A stretch of DNA of 32,000 nt, taken from NCBI GenBank assembly GCA_965230905.1, contig OZ246396.1, forward strand, positions 720,001 through 752,000, in the 5' to 3' direction. The notes beneath the pieces are model-generated. The model was not told the origin of the DNA, searched no databases, and was given only the letters and a program-made list of their open reading frames with translations. Shown piece by piece: positions 1 to 6,762 of the stretch (position 1 is the stretch's first letter; the number at the start of each line of letters is the position of its first letter). The stretch is from Candidatus Saccharimonadota bacterium. Lineage in GTDB: Bacteria; Patescibacteriota; Gracilibacteria; UBA1369; 2-02-FULL-48-14. A program made the translations under genes and the position numbers.

Positions 1-1047
1 GAGGCGGGGGATTCGTATGCGAATTATTTGTTTCGTTATGGAATTTTGATGAGCATGGACCGGGCGCAGGTGGAAGTTTTGGAGCCGGCTGGGTTTTCGC
101 TGCGTGGATTTTTGTACGATTTTAAAGAGCGAGTTCAGATGCACATCAACCGGCTGTATTTTGAGCCGGAGGCGAGTTTGGTTTCTGGGCTTTTGCTGGG
201 CAGCCGCAAGGGAATGAGTGAGGAGCTGACGCGTGATTTTCAAGCGGTGGGGCTCACGCACATTGTTGCGGTTTCCGGTTACAATATTAGCCTCGTGATT
301 GCATGTATTTTTGCGCTGTTTTCTTTTGTGCCCATGAAACGGCGGGTGATTGTGAGCGTGATTTCGGTGGCGCTGTTTGTTTTGTTTGTGGGCGCGTCCG
401 CGGCTGCGGTGCGAGCGGGAATAATGGGGAGTCTGGCGATGTGGGGACTCTACACGGGGCGCCGCAGTCAGGCCTTTTTTGCGCTGCTGTGGAGTGCGGT
501 GGTGATGATACTTTGGAACCCCGCAATTCTGCCTTTTGATATTGGCTTTCAACTTTCCTTTGTGTCCACGCTGGGGCTGTTGGTCTTCACGCCCATGCTC
601 GAAAAAATCTTTCCGCTCAAGGTGCCTTTTTTGCGCGAAGCCCTCTTACTCACGCTGAGTGCGCAGCTTGCGACCTTTCCATTTATGCTCTTTTATTTTG
701 GACGGCTTTCCCTCATTTCACCGGTGGCGAATTTGGTGGTGGCTCCGCTGCTTCCATTTTCCATGCTTTTTTCTGGGCTGTCTTTGGTGGGTGGAATGCC
801 GTTTGCGGTGCTGGCGACGGTGTTCTTAAAAGGAATCATTTTCAGCACGCGCGTGCTCGCCAAAATTCCCTACGCGGATGTGCCGCTGCAAATCGGGCTG
901 CACGGATTTCTGCTTACTTTGTCTTTGCTTTCTTTTTTGGTCCTAATTTTTTATAAACCCAAATTGGTCCGAGCTTTTCTTCGCGGATCCGGGGAAGTTT
1001 TTTCCAAGGTTCCACGCCCTCAATCACAAAGGCATGAGACACAATGA
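1..1047 (+). CDS. comEC: ComEC/Rec2-family competence membrane protein, 5' end outside window
   Basis: Frame 1 is open from base 1; the track ORF merely starts at an internal TTG at 28. Many hydrophobic helices. GLTHIVAVSGYNISLV motif is typical of the ComEC/Rec2 channel domain. Stop at 1045-1047. Confidence 0.8.
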   Translation, partial: EAGDSYANYLFRYGILMSMDRAQVEVLEPAGFSLRGFLYDFKERVQMHINRLYFEPEASLVSGLLLGSRKGMSEELTRDFQAVGLTHIVAVSGYNISLVIACIFALFSFVPMKRRVIVSVISVALFVLFVGASAAAVRAGIMGSLAMWGLYTGRRSQAFFALLWSAVVMILWNPAILPFDIGFQLSFVSTLGLLVFTPMLEKIFPLKVPFLREALLLTLSAQLATFPFMLFYFGRLSLISPVANLVVAPLLPFSMLFSGLSLVGGMPFAVLATVFLKGIIFSTRVLAKIPYADVPLQIGLHGFLLTLSLLSFLVLIFYKPKLVRAFLRGSGEVFSKVPRPQSQRHETQ

Positions 1048-1477
1048 GCGCGCCGGGTTTGAGTTGAGGAATCAAATGATCTTTCATGCGCTTCATGGAG
1101 TGGGTGAGGAGGTAGCAGAAAATTACATCCGCATCGCTGAGGTCTTTTTTCCAAAAGTTTCCGAACTTTAATTTGGCGGAAGTGCGCCACCAAAACAGGC
1201 TGAGGAATTTTGCCCAGACCCACACAAGCGGGGAGAATTCGTAGCCCACGGCATTGGCGCCATAGTCCTTGGCTGCATGGTGAACGAGGCGTCCGTCTCC
1301 ACTGCCCAGGTCGTATACTTTCATGCCAGGTTTGAGGTCCGCTGCTTTGAGCATGCGCTGCACTTGCACCATTTCGGTGGGCACAAAAGGTGCGCCGGCG
1401 ATCATGGCGTAGCAGGTGGGTACAATTAAAACGGCATAGCCAAGTATTTCTAGTAGGGACAAAGTGGGAAGCTGCAT
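914..1477 (-). CDS. Class I SAM-dependent methyltransferase with N-terminal membrane helix
   Basis: 187-aa ORF. N-terminal hydrophobic helix, then glycine-rich SAM motif I VYDLGSGDGRLV and downstream GYEFS acidic motif. Lys-rich tail. Its 3' end overlaps the comEC-like 3' end. Confidence 0.75.
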   Translation of the reverse strand: MQLPTLSLLEILGYAVLIVPTCYAMIAGAPFVPTEMVQVQRMLKAADLKPGMKVYDLGSGDGRLVHHAAKDYGANAVGYEFSPLVWVWAKFLSLFWWRTSAKLKFGNFWKKDLSDADVIFCYLLTHSMKRMKDHLIPQLKPGALIVSHAFVIEGVEPWKKLPRIREEKLGPIWVYKKLGPKKKAKTK

Positions 1478-1589
1478 TGCGGCGTAGAAAAAACAGAGCT
1501 AAGATACAGTAAAATTCCGCCATGCACTATCTTATTCTTACCGCCTTAGTGATTGTGGGATTTCCTTATATCCTTACCCTCCTCCACGC

Positions 1590-1994
1590 ATGTTTTTCTT
1601 CAAAAGCAAAACGCTCACGCACAAGCAAACCGCGATGATTGGCTTTGTGCTCGCCCTTATTTCTGTGCTCACCATGGCACTCATGACGACTGTTTTCCCG
1701 CACTTTGGCGCGTGGCTTAATAACAATGGTGTGTACCAATTGGATCTTTTCCTTTTGATATTTTTTGTCACGATTTTTTTGGCCGTTCAAGGATTGCTGC
1801 TTTTTGGATTCCCCCTTTATTACGCGCAGGACAAAAAGAGCCACATGACCGGCTTTCAGATTTTGCTCTACGCGCTGATGTGGATGATTCTTTTGGTCTT
1901 GGCCGTTGCGCTCATTTTTATTCCTATTAATAAGCAAAAGGCTTATACCTTGGAGGATTTGACGCCGAACGTGGAAGTGGAAACGGAACTTTAA
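1590..1994 (+). CDS. Small integral membrane protein, unknown function
   Basis: 134-aa ORF with about 4 hydrophobic helices, followed 9 bp later by a strong terminator. Alternative in-frame ATG at 1635. Confidence 0.6.
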   Translation: MFFFKSKTLTHKQTAMIGFVLALISVLTMALMTTVFPHFGAWLNNNGVYQLDLFLLIFFVTIFLAVQGLLLFGFPLYYAQDKKSHMTGFQILLYALMWMILLVLAVALIFIPINKQKAYTLEDLTPNVEVETEL

Positions 1995-2002
1995 GTATAA
2001 AG

Positions 2003-2030
2003 AAAAGAGCCGCCCGAGGGCGGCTCTTTT
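2003..2030. terminator. Bidirectional rho-independent terminator between convergent genes
   Basis: AAAAGAGCCGCCC (2003-2015), loop GA, GGGCGGCTCTTTT (2018-2030). Perfect 13-bp GC-rich stem with an A-run on one side and a T-run on the other. Confidence 0.85.
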
Positions 2031-2048
2031 TAGTTGGACGAAGAGCAA

Positions 2049-2246
2049 TTAAGCTTTCTTGAGCATTGGAAGCCCAGTTCGCTTGTTTTCTGTGGTCTTG
2101 TATCCATCTGGGAGAGCATCGAGAGCATCATCTTTTTCTTTGCGAGCAAAGTAATAGATTTGTTGCTTGCGTCCTCCGCGAAGGGTAACCATCTTTCCGT
2201 GAAGGAAGTATGTTTGACCTTTGCTGTTTGTGACTGTGTAAGCCAT
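2049..2246 (-). CDS. Small basic hypothetical protein (65 aa)
   Basis: The track ORF 2049..2321 begins at a TTG. The first ATG (2246) gives MAYTVTNSKGQTYFLHGKMVTLRGG..., which is the more plausible product. The terminator lies just downstream. Confidence 0.55.
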   Translation of the reverse strand: MAYTVTNSKGQTYFLHGKMVTLRGGRKQQIYYFARKEKDDALDALPDGYKTTENKRTGLPMLKKA

Positions 2247-2433
2247 AAACTTTGGGTTAGGGTGTAAACTGATCCGATTATAGTAACCTGTTATCAGGTT
2301 GGAAAGCGCATCGCCTTGCAAAATCCCAATACTGTGGTGCTTTTCAGGTTAGCCAACCTGGAAAATAGGGCTTTCCCCCCGGTTCCTTTTGGCGTGCTTT
2401 TAGCTCTTGCTTAGCTCTAAATGCCCGATTGGT

Positions 2434-2461
2434 TTGACTTCAACCCGTATCTTCGTATACT
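2434..2461 (+). promoter_or_regulatory. Sigma70-like promoter for tRNA-Glu
   Basis: TTGACT (2434-2439), 16-nt spacer, TATACT (2456-2461). The -10 ends 20 nt before the mature tRNA 5' end. Confidence 0.55.
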
Positions 2462-2481
2462 TTCTTTGCCTTTTTCAAAGA

Positions 2482-2556
2482 GGTCCCATCGTCTAACGGT
2501 TAGGACAACAGGTTTTCATCCTGTAAATCGGAGTTCGATTCTCCGTGGGATCACCA
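2482..2556 (+). tRNA. tRNA-Glu (anticodon UUC), CCA encoded
   Basis: Hand-folded cloverleaf. Acceptor GGTCCCA/TGGGATC. D arm GTCT-AACGGTTA-GGAC. Anticodon arm ACAGG-TTTTCAT-CCTGT, giving anticodon TTC. 4-nt variable loop. T arm CGGAG-TTCGATT-CTCCG. Discriminator A, then CCA. 75 nt. Confidence 0.93.
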
Positions 2557-2623
2557 AATTAGAAAGCGCTCCATGTGGGTGATTTTTAATTTGTGGTTCT
2601 CGAAGAGAACAATCGAACGATAA

Positions 2624-2646
2624 GAGCTCGATTCTTCGATGGGACA
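2624..2646 (+). repeat. Decayed copy of the tRNA-Glu 3' end (T arm plus acceptor)
   Basis: gagctcgattcttcgatgggaca aligns to tRNA 2531-2553 gagttcgattctccgtgggatca with 2 substitutions and 2 single-base indels. It cannot form a T arm. Confidence 0.6.
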
Positions 2647-2659
2647 GAGGTGTGCTGGT

Positions 2660-2875
2660 TTACCTGTTTCTCTCGAGACGTCTTAGGGTGTTTGCTCGTT
2701 CATCATTAATGTGCCGTTCTCTGTCAGCTCTCTCAGCCTCACTCCTTTGGTACTCTCTCCAATTCCTCTCCTCCTGCTCGCGTGTAGCATTATGGTCGTC
2801 CCTGCCTGGCCTACGACGAAGCTCAGAACGGTAGAAGCTTTTTTCAAGAGCTCTCTGGATATCTCTCTCTGACAT
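2660..2875 (-). CDS. Highly charged Arg/Glu-rich small hypothetical protein (71 aa)
   Basis: ATG-initiated ORF inside the AT-rich islet. No recognisable domain. The opposite-strand ORF 2652..2834 looks less protein-like. Confidence 0.4.
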   Translation of the reverse strand: MSERDIQRALEKSFYRSELRRRPGRDDHNATREQEERNWREYQRSEAERADRERHINDERANTLRRLERNR

Positions 2876-2912
2876 ATAAGTATTTTAAGGAATATTATTT
2901 CTAGCTCGAAAT

Positions 2913-2935
2913 TATAATGCTAATGGCGCATTATA
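2913..2935. promoter_or_regulatory. Palindrome carrying TATAAT on both strands (possible divergent -10 boxes or operator)
   Basis: tataatgc (2913-2920), 7 nt, gcattata (2928-2935). Lies between the divergent ORFs 2660..2875(-) and 3135..3962(+). Confidence 0.3.
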
Positions 2936-3134
2936 GCAAGTCGGACCGTCGGGTGAGATTTGGAAAAGCCGTTTCAGTTCCCTATACTCCCACCTTTGGC
3001 TTTCAAAAGCCTCTAAAACGTCTAGGAACAGATAGAGAGTTTGTTCAAACCCTGCCCTACAATGGATCACCATCAAATACCGCTCTAGTGTGTGCGGTTA
3101 TTGACATATCGAGTAATAGATTTACTATTAAGGT

Positions 3135-3962
3135 ATGCAGCTCCCATCTGACATCATTCCGCCTGATAAAATAGAAGAAACCCCCTTTTCTCAGGGTAGT
3201 CGTGTTCAGGTTTATCGTTTACGGGGGAGAGAGGGGCTAGATGGCCGAATTCTACGAGTCCCCGTGAATCCTCAAAGTGATCCGGCTGAACTGGTGCAGA
3301 TGCAAATGCTAAAATCGGGTCCATTAAGAGAATTTTTACCTTCTCCTCAAGTGGTTCGTGCAGAAATTGATGGCAAGGTTCGAGCGCTCGTTTCCAGTTT
3401 GGAAGTTAAGTCTTCCATGTGCCGGGAGCTACCGGGCGCTGCAGCCTTGAGTGACCATTTGAATTTATATGAGTGTGATGGCCAAGTAGCCTTTTTAAGA
3501 GGTATCAGGGCTTTTGTGGAAGCCTGTAAAACGAACTATGAAACGCACAAAACTTTGCCTGACTTGGTGGGTATGGGAAATATAGTGGCTGTTAATGCGC
3601 AGGTTTTGCTTTTAGATTTCAACAACATCTCTGGCCAGTGGAATATTGGAGGTGAAATTGAAGTACCTTTGGACGATCAGGGTTTACCCATTTTTGATAT
3701 GGGGTTGGATCTTTTGCATCGTATTGAAAAAAACCTTTTGACACATAATGGAGGAAACTTTTCAACGCAATGCTTTAACCGGTTCTTTAGGCTACAAAGA
3801 GATATGAAAGGGACTGCTTTGCCTCCTGAACTTGAGTCGACGCTCGTTTCGCGTGAGGAGTTGAAGCGCGACCCATTTTATGGAGCACTTCGGTTCCAAG
3901 CACGAAGAGAAAAAGTCCGACAGATTTTAGCTCGTCATGCACAGAATTTGTGTGTTCACTGA
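3135..3962 (+). CDS. Hypothetical protein with weak protein-kinase-like motifs
   Basis: 275-aa ATG ORF. LPDLVGMGNIV resembles a kinase catalytic loop (D-x4-N) and LLLDFNN resembles the DFG segment. Similarity is weak and no canonical VAIK lysine was seen. Confidence 0.6.
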   Translation: MQLPSDIIPPDKIEETPFSQGSRVQVYRLRGREGLDGRILRVPVNPQSDPAELVQMQMLKSGPLREFLPSPQVVRAEIDGKVRALVSSLEVKSSMCRELPGAAALSDHLNLYECDGQVAFLRGIRAFVEACKTNYETHKTLPDLVGMGNIVAVNAQVLLLDFNNISGQWNIGGEIEVPLDDQGLPIFDMGLDLLHRIEKNLLTHNGGNFSTQCFNRFFRLQRDMKGTALPPELESTLVSREELKRDPFYGALRFQARREKVRQILARHAQNLCVH

Positions 3963-3988
3963 TCAAGATTAGTCTGAATGGACATGCA

Positions 3989-4002
3989 TCTCCGTGGGAT
4001 CA
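3989..4002 (+). repeat. Exact 14-bp direct repeat of the tRNA-Glu 3' end (att-like)
   Basis: tctccgtgggatca at 3989-4002 is identical to tRNA positions 2540-2553. It sits in the 42-bp gap between two convergent ORFs. Confidence 0.7.
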
Positions 4003-4004
4003 TA

Positions 4005-4586
4005 TTATCTCAAGGGACACCAAGATCTAGTAAACTGGATCAACTCTCCCAGTTTTTGGTCTTTTGGCGTCAGTTCCTGAGATCCACATAATAAGAATCC
4101 GTGGATTTGCTGCGTGTCTCTGTTTAGATTTCTTAATTTTAATACTCGGTCACCGCGGGTTACCTCAAGGGGTTCTTCAATAAGTTGACCTGGCAGTAGG
4201 ATGAAATGGGGGTATTTTTTATCGCTAATTTCTCGAATCTCATGGCAGGCCAGTGGAAAGTAGTGACGGTTTACTCCTAAATGTGCCGTTTGTTTTGGGT
4301 CAGGCCAAGCTTGGTGAGAAAAACGATCGAGTGACTTTTGCAGTACTGGAGAGGGTGTTTTTTCATTCGGTATCATCAACTCAAAGTGCGCGTGAAGTCC
4401 ATTTAAAATATAAGTCAGCTCTTCATGGTTTACATAAATCTGCCCTCCATGACGATGTGCCCAAGGGTCTGCTTCCACTGCCCAATCTGCATACTCGAGC
4501 ACATCATAGCGAGGATCTTTAAGGCCTATTCTTTTAGTGGGTCCTGGATTCAAATCCCACTGAAGAGAAAGAGGGTCGATTGCCAT
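4005..4586 (-). CDS. Hypothetical protein (193 aa)
   Basis: ATG ORF, His/Trp-rich (WAHRHGG, HAHFE). No family recognised. Somewhat AT-richer than the backbone. Confidence 0.6.
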   Translation of the reverse strand: MAIDPLSLQWDLNPGPTKRIGLKDPRYDVLEYADWAVEADPWAHRHGGQIYVNHEELTYILNGLHAHFELMIPNEKTPSPVLQKSLDRFSHQAWPDPKQTAHLGVNRHYFPLACHEIREISDKKYPHFILLPGQLIEEPLEVTRGDRVLKLRNLNRDTQQIHGFLLCGSQELTPKDQKLGELIQFTRSWCPLR

Positions 4587-4630
4587 ATAATCTAAAATTT
4601 AGCCGTAAGCTTATCATATGGTTCAATCTT

Positions 4631-4658
4631 TTGCATATGTGTTTAGAGGTGCTACACT
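4631..4658 (+). promoter_or_regulatory. Candidate sigma70-like promoter for the DUF4349-like gene
   Basis: TTGCAT (4631-4636), 16-nt spacer, TACACT (4653-4658), 22 nt upstream of ATG 4681. It lies inside the track's 5' extension, which argues for the 4681 start. Confidence 0.35.
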
Positions 4659-4680
4659 CTGCTCATCTTCACCACGCCAT

Positions 4681-5535
4681 ATGAAAAAATTAGCTCCCTT
4701 TCTTCTTGCACTGCTGCTTTTGAGCGGGTGCAGTAATTTTGTTGTTAGAGAGGAAGTCTCCATGCCGGGTTATGATGTGGTGGATTATGATATGGAGGAA
4801 TCGGCGCCGATGGATCGGTCCATGGGTTCAACGGTGATGATGGATGAAAGCGGTTATGTGGCGGGCGTGGAGCAAAAAGTGATCAAGACGGGAACGCTGA
4901 GCCTTCATATGGAAGGCGTGCGCGAGGGAGTGGATTCGATTAAGGCAAAAGTCACCGAGTGGGGCGGCGATGTGACCAATTCCAATATCACGCGTTACGA
5001 CAACTCCTATTATGGAAGCATCACGGTGCGCGTGCCATTTGATAAGTTTGATGCGGCGATGAGCGGACTCAAGGAACTCGCGATTTACACGGAAAGTGAA
5101 TACACCAATGCGGAGAACATCACGGAGGCTTACATGGATTTGGAGGCTCGCCTGACGAATTTGAGGGAGGAAGAGGCTCAGTACCTGGCCATTTTGGACA
5201 AGGCCGTGACCGTGGAGGAGATTTTGCAGGTTACGGATTACCTTTCAACCGTGCGTTATGAAATTGAAAGCGCTGAAGGCCAACTGAAGTACTACGACAC
5301 GAATGTGGATTATTCCACCATCACGCTCACGCTTACGGAAGATGAAAGCGTGGAAGCGGCTCAGGAAACCTGGAAGCCCAAGAGCACCTTCAATGAAGCC
5401 ATAAGTGACTGGGTGGGTTTCCTTCAGGAAATTACCGATACGGTGATTTACCTAGCGATCTTTGGATGGCCTCTCTTGCTACTGGGCGGAGTGTTCTACA
5501 TCTGGAGAAGGTCTCACCGCAAAAAACGAAAATAA
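4681..5535 (+). CDS. DUF4349-like lipoprotein with C-terminal membrane anchor
   Basis: Start moved to ATG 4681, giving MKKLAPFLLALLLLSGC, a signal peptide with lipobox L-S-G-C. Central coiled-coil region (EAYMDLEARLTNLREEEAQYLAILDKA) and C-terminal TM helix plus RRSHRKKRK tail match the DUF4349 architecture from memory. Confidence 0.8.
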   Translation: MKKLAPFLLALLLLSGCSNFVVREEVSMPGYDVVDYDMEESAPMDRSMGSTVMMDESGYVAGVEQKVIKTGTLSLHMEGVREGVDSIKAKVTEWGGDVTNSNITRYDNSYYGSITVRVPFDKFDAAMSGLKELAIYTESEYTNAENITEAYMDLEARLTNLREEEAQYLAILDKAVTVEEILQVTDYLSTVRYEIESAEGQLKYYDTNVDYSTITLTLTEDESVEAAQETWKPKSTFNEAISDWVGFLQEITDTVIYLAIFGWPLLLLGGVFYIWRRSHRKKRK

Positions 5536-5595
5536 GCAAAAGAAGGGAGCATTCAGTACGGGAGCCTTTATGTACTTCATGCTCCCTTCTTTTGC
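5536..5595. terminator. Long hairpin between convergent genes (17-bp stem), overlapping the nth 3' end
   Basis: gcaaaagaagggagcat (5536-5552) pairs perfectly with atgctcccttcttttgc (5579-5595). The 26-nt loop contains a smaller AGTAC/GTACT stem. T-run follows on the plus strand. Confidence 0.5.
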
Positions 5596-6218
5596 GCCGC
5601 TTTTTTGGGCCAGGCACAGATTTCATAGAGTGGGCACTCGTAGCACTTTGGTTTATAAGCCGTGCAAGTTTTACGTCCGTGGAAGACTAGCTGAAGGTGC
5701 AGTTTGGACCAGTGCTCAGGTGGCACGATGGCTTTGACCTGGCGCTCGGTTTTGTCGCGGTTGGTGCCGGAGTTGGCGATGCCCAGGCGGTTGCATACCC
5801 GGTGCACGTGCGTGTCCACGGCAAAGCCCGGCAACTTGAACCACTGCGCCATGATGACTTGCGCGGTTTTGGCGCCCACGCCGGGCAGGGACGTGAGCTC
5901 GGTGAAATCGCTGGGAACTTCGCCTCCACGCGCTTTTATGGCCGCAGCGCTGCCCATTATGGCTTTGGTTTTGCTGTTGTAGTAACCGCAGGGGAAAATA
6001 ATTTTCTTCACGCCTTCTTCACCCATGGTCAGTATGTCGTTCGGGGTGCAGGCGCGGTCTTTGGGAAAGAGCAGGGGCGTGATGGTGTTCACGCGCGCGT
6101 CCGTACACTGCGCCGACAAAATCACTGCCACCAAGAGTTCAAAAACGCTTCGGTGGCGAAGCGGTGGCTGAGGGTCTGGGAATTCTTTATCGAGGATTTT
6201 GAGGAGCGAATCAATCAT
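5577..6218 (-). CDS. nth: Endonuclease III (DNA glycosylase/AP lyase)
   Basis: LVAVILSAQCTD motif, helix-hairpin-helix LPGVGAKTAQVIM, catalytic region AVDTHVHRV, C-terminal 4Fe-4S ligands C-x6-C-x2-C-x5-C (CTAYKPKCYECPLYEIC). Confidence 0.95.
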   Translation of the reverse strand: MIDSLLKILDKEFPDPQPPLRHRSVFELLVAVILSAQCTDARVNTITPLLFPKDRACTPNDILTMGEEGVKKIIFPCGYYNSKTKAIMGSAAAIKARGGEVPSDFTELTSLPGVGAKTAQVIMAQWFKLPGFAVDTHVHRVCNRLGIANSGTNRDKTERQVKAIVPPEHWSKLHLQLVFHGRKTCTAYKPKCYECPLYEICAWPKKAAQKKGA

Positions 6219-6597
6219 TGGCTCGCGGTAGTGGGGTGAGGTTTTCGGCTACGTTTCCTCCTTGCACATAGGAAAGGTCATGGCTCTCGGCGATGCGCAT
6301 TTTTTTAAGGGCGGCGTTCTTTTCCAGATTGATAAAGGACTGAGCGTCAACCACTTTGCGATCCAGTTTACGTAGGTCTGACTGAAGCGATTCATAATCG
6401 TTTTGAAGTTGTTTGAGCTCGTAGCCTTTTGCCGGCGCTAAACTATTCATATACAAGTAGGTCCCTGAGGTCATGAGACCCAGGAACAGGATGGCGCAAA
6501 CAAGCGTTCGGTACGTGTTTCGGATCTCTTGCGAAAGAGGCTTGCGATTACGCTTCCACTTGAAAGGACGGACGGTGCGTGTAAGGGGATCTACCAT
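6211..6597 (-). CDS. FtsL/FtsB-like bitopic cell-division protein (septum formation initiator-like)
   Basis: 128 aa: basic N-terminus, one TM helix (LVCAILFLGLMTSGTYLY), then a coiled coil (YELKQLQNDYESLQSDLRKLDRKV). 8-bp overlap with nth. Confidence 0.55.
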   Translation of the reverse strand: MVDPLTRTVRPFKWKRNRKPLSQEIRNTYRTLVCAILFLGLMTSGTYLYMNSLAPAKGYELKQLQNDYESLQSDLRKLDRKVVDAQSFINLEKNAALKKMRIAESHDLSYVQGGNVAENLTPLPRAND

Positions 6598-6640
6598 CGG
6601 GATCTATTGTAATCCTTTTTCATCTCTACACAAGATTGTC

Positions 6641-6739
6641 TTTGTATGTGGGATTTTTCTCGCTGGGAGCGAAAGCACTCGGATCATGATCCTCGTCCTT
6701 TCTTCCTAGGCTTTACGCTCAAAAAATCCCACATACAAA
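6641..6739. repeat. Intergenic hairpin element, copy 1 (structured RNA or palindromic repeat)
   Basis: 18-bp perfect arms, tttgtatgtgggattttt (6641-6658) and aaaaatcccacatacaaa (6722-6739). They flank the core ggagcgaaagcactcggatcatgatcctcgtcctttcttcct, which is shared with 14016-14057 apart from 2 substitutions. A further outer stem pairs 6609-6619 with 6756-6766. Confidence 0.75.
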
Positions 6740-6762
6740 AACAGACTATTAATGGAAAAGGA

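Noticed and set aside
2345-2360. Hairpin CAGGTT-agcc-AACCTG upstream of the 65-aa gene
   Set aside because: The stem is a short 6 bp with no T-run on either strand. It is not positioned after any gene end. Evidence is insufficient for a terminator or operator.
2570-2650. Possible second (pseudo-)tRNA right after tRNA-Glu
   Set aside because: Only the T-arm/acceptor-like segment (2624-2646) resembles a tRNA. No acceptor 5' strand, D arm or anticodon arm can be folded. I treat it as a decayed att-type duplicate.
2917-3174. 85-aa ORF upstream of and overlapping the 3135 gene
   Set aside because: No protein-like features. It spans the palindromic promoter-like region and overlaps the better-supported 3135 start.
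5697-6239. 180-aa ORF on the plus strand
   Set aside because: Antisense to nth. It is a GC-rich shadow frame with no motifs.
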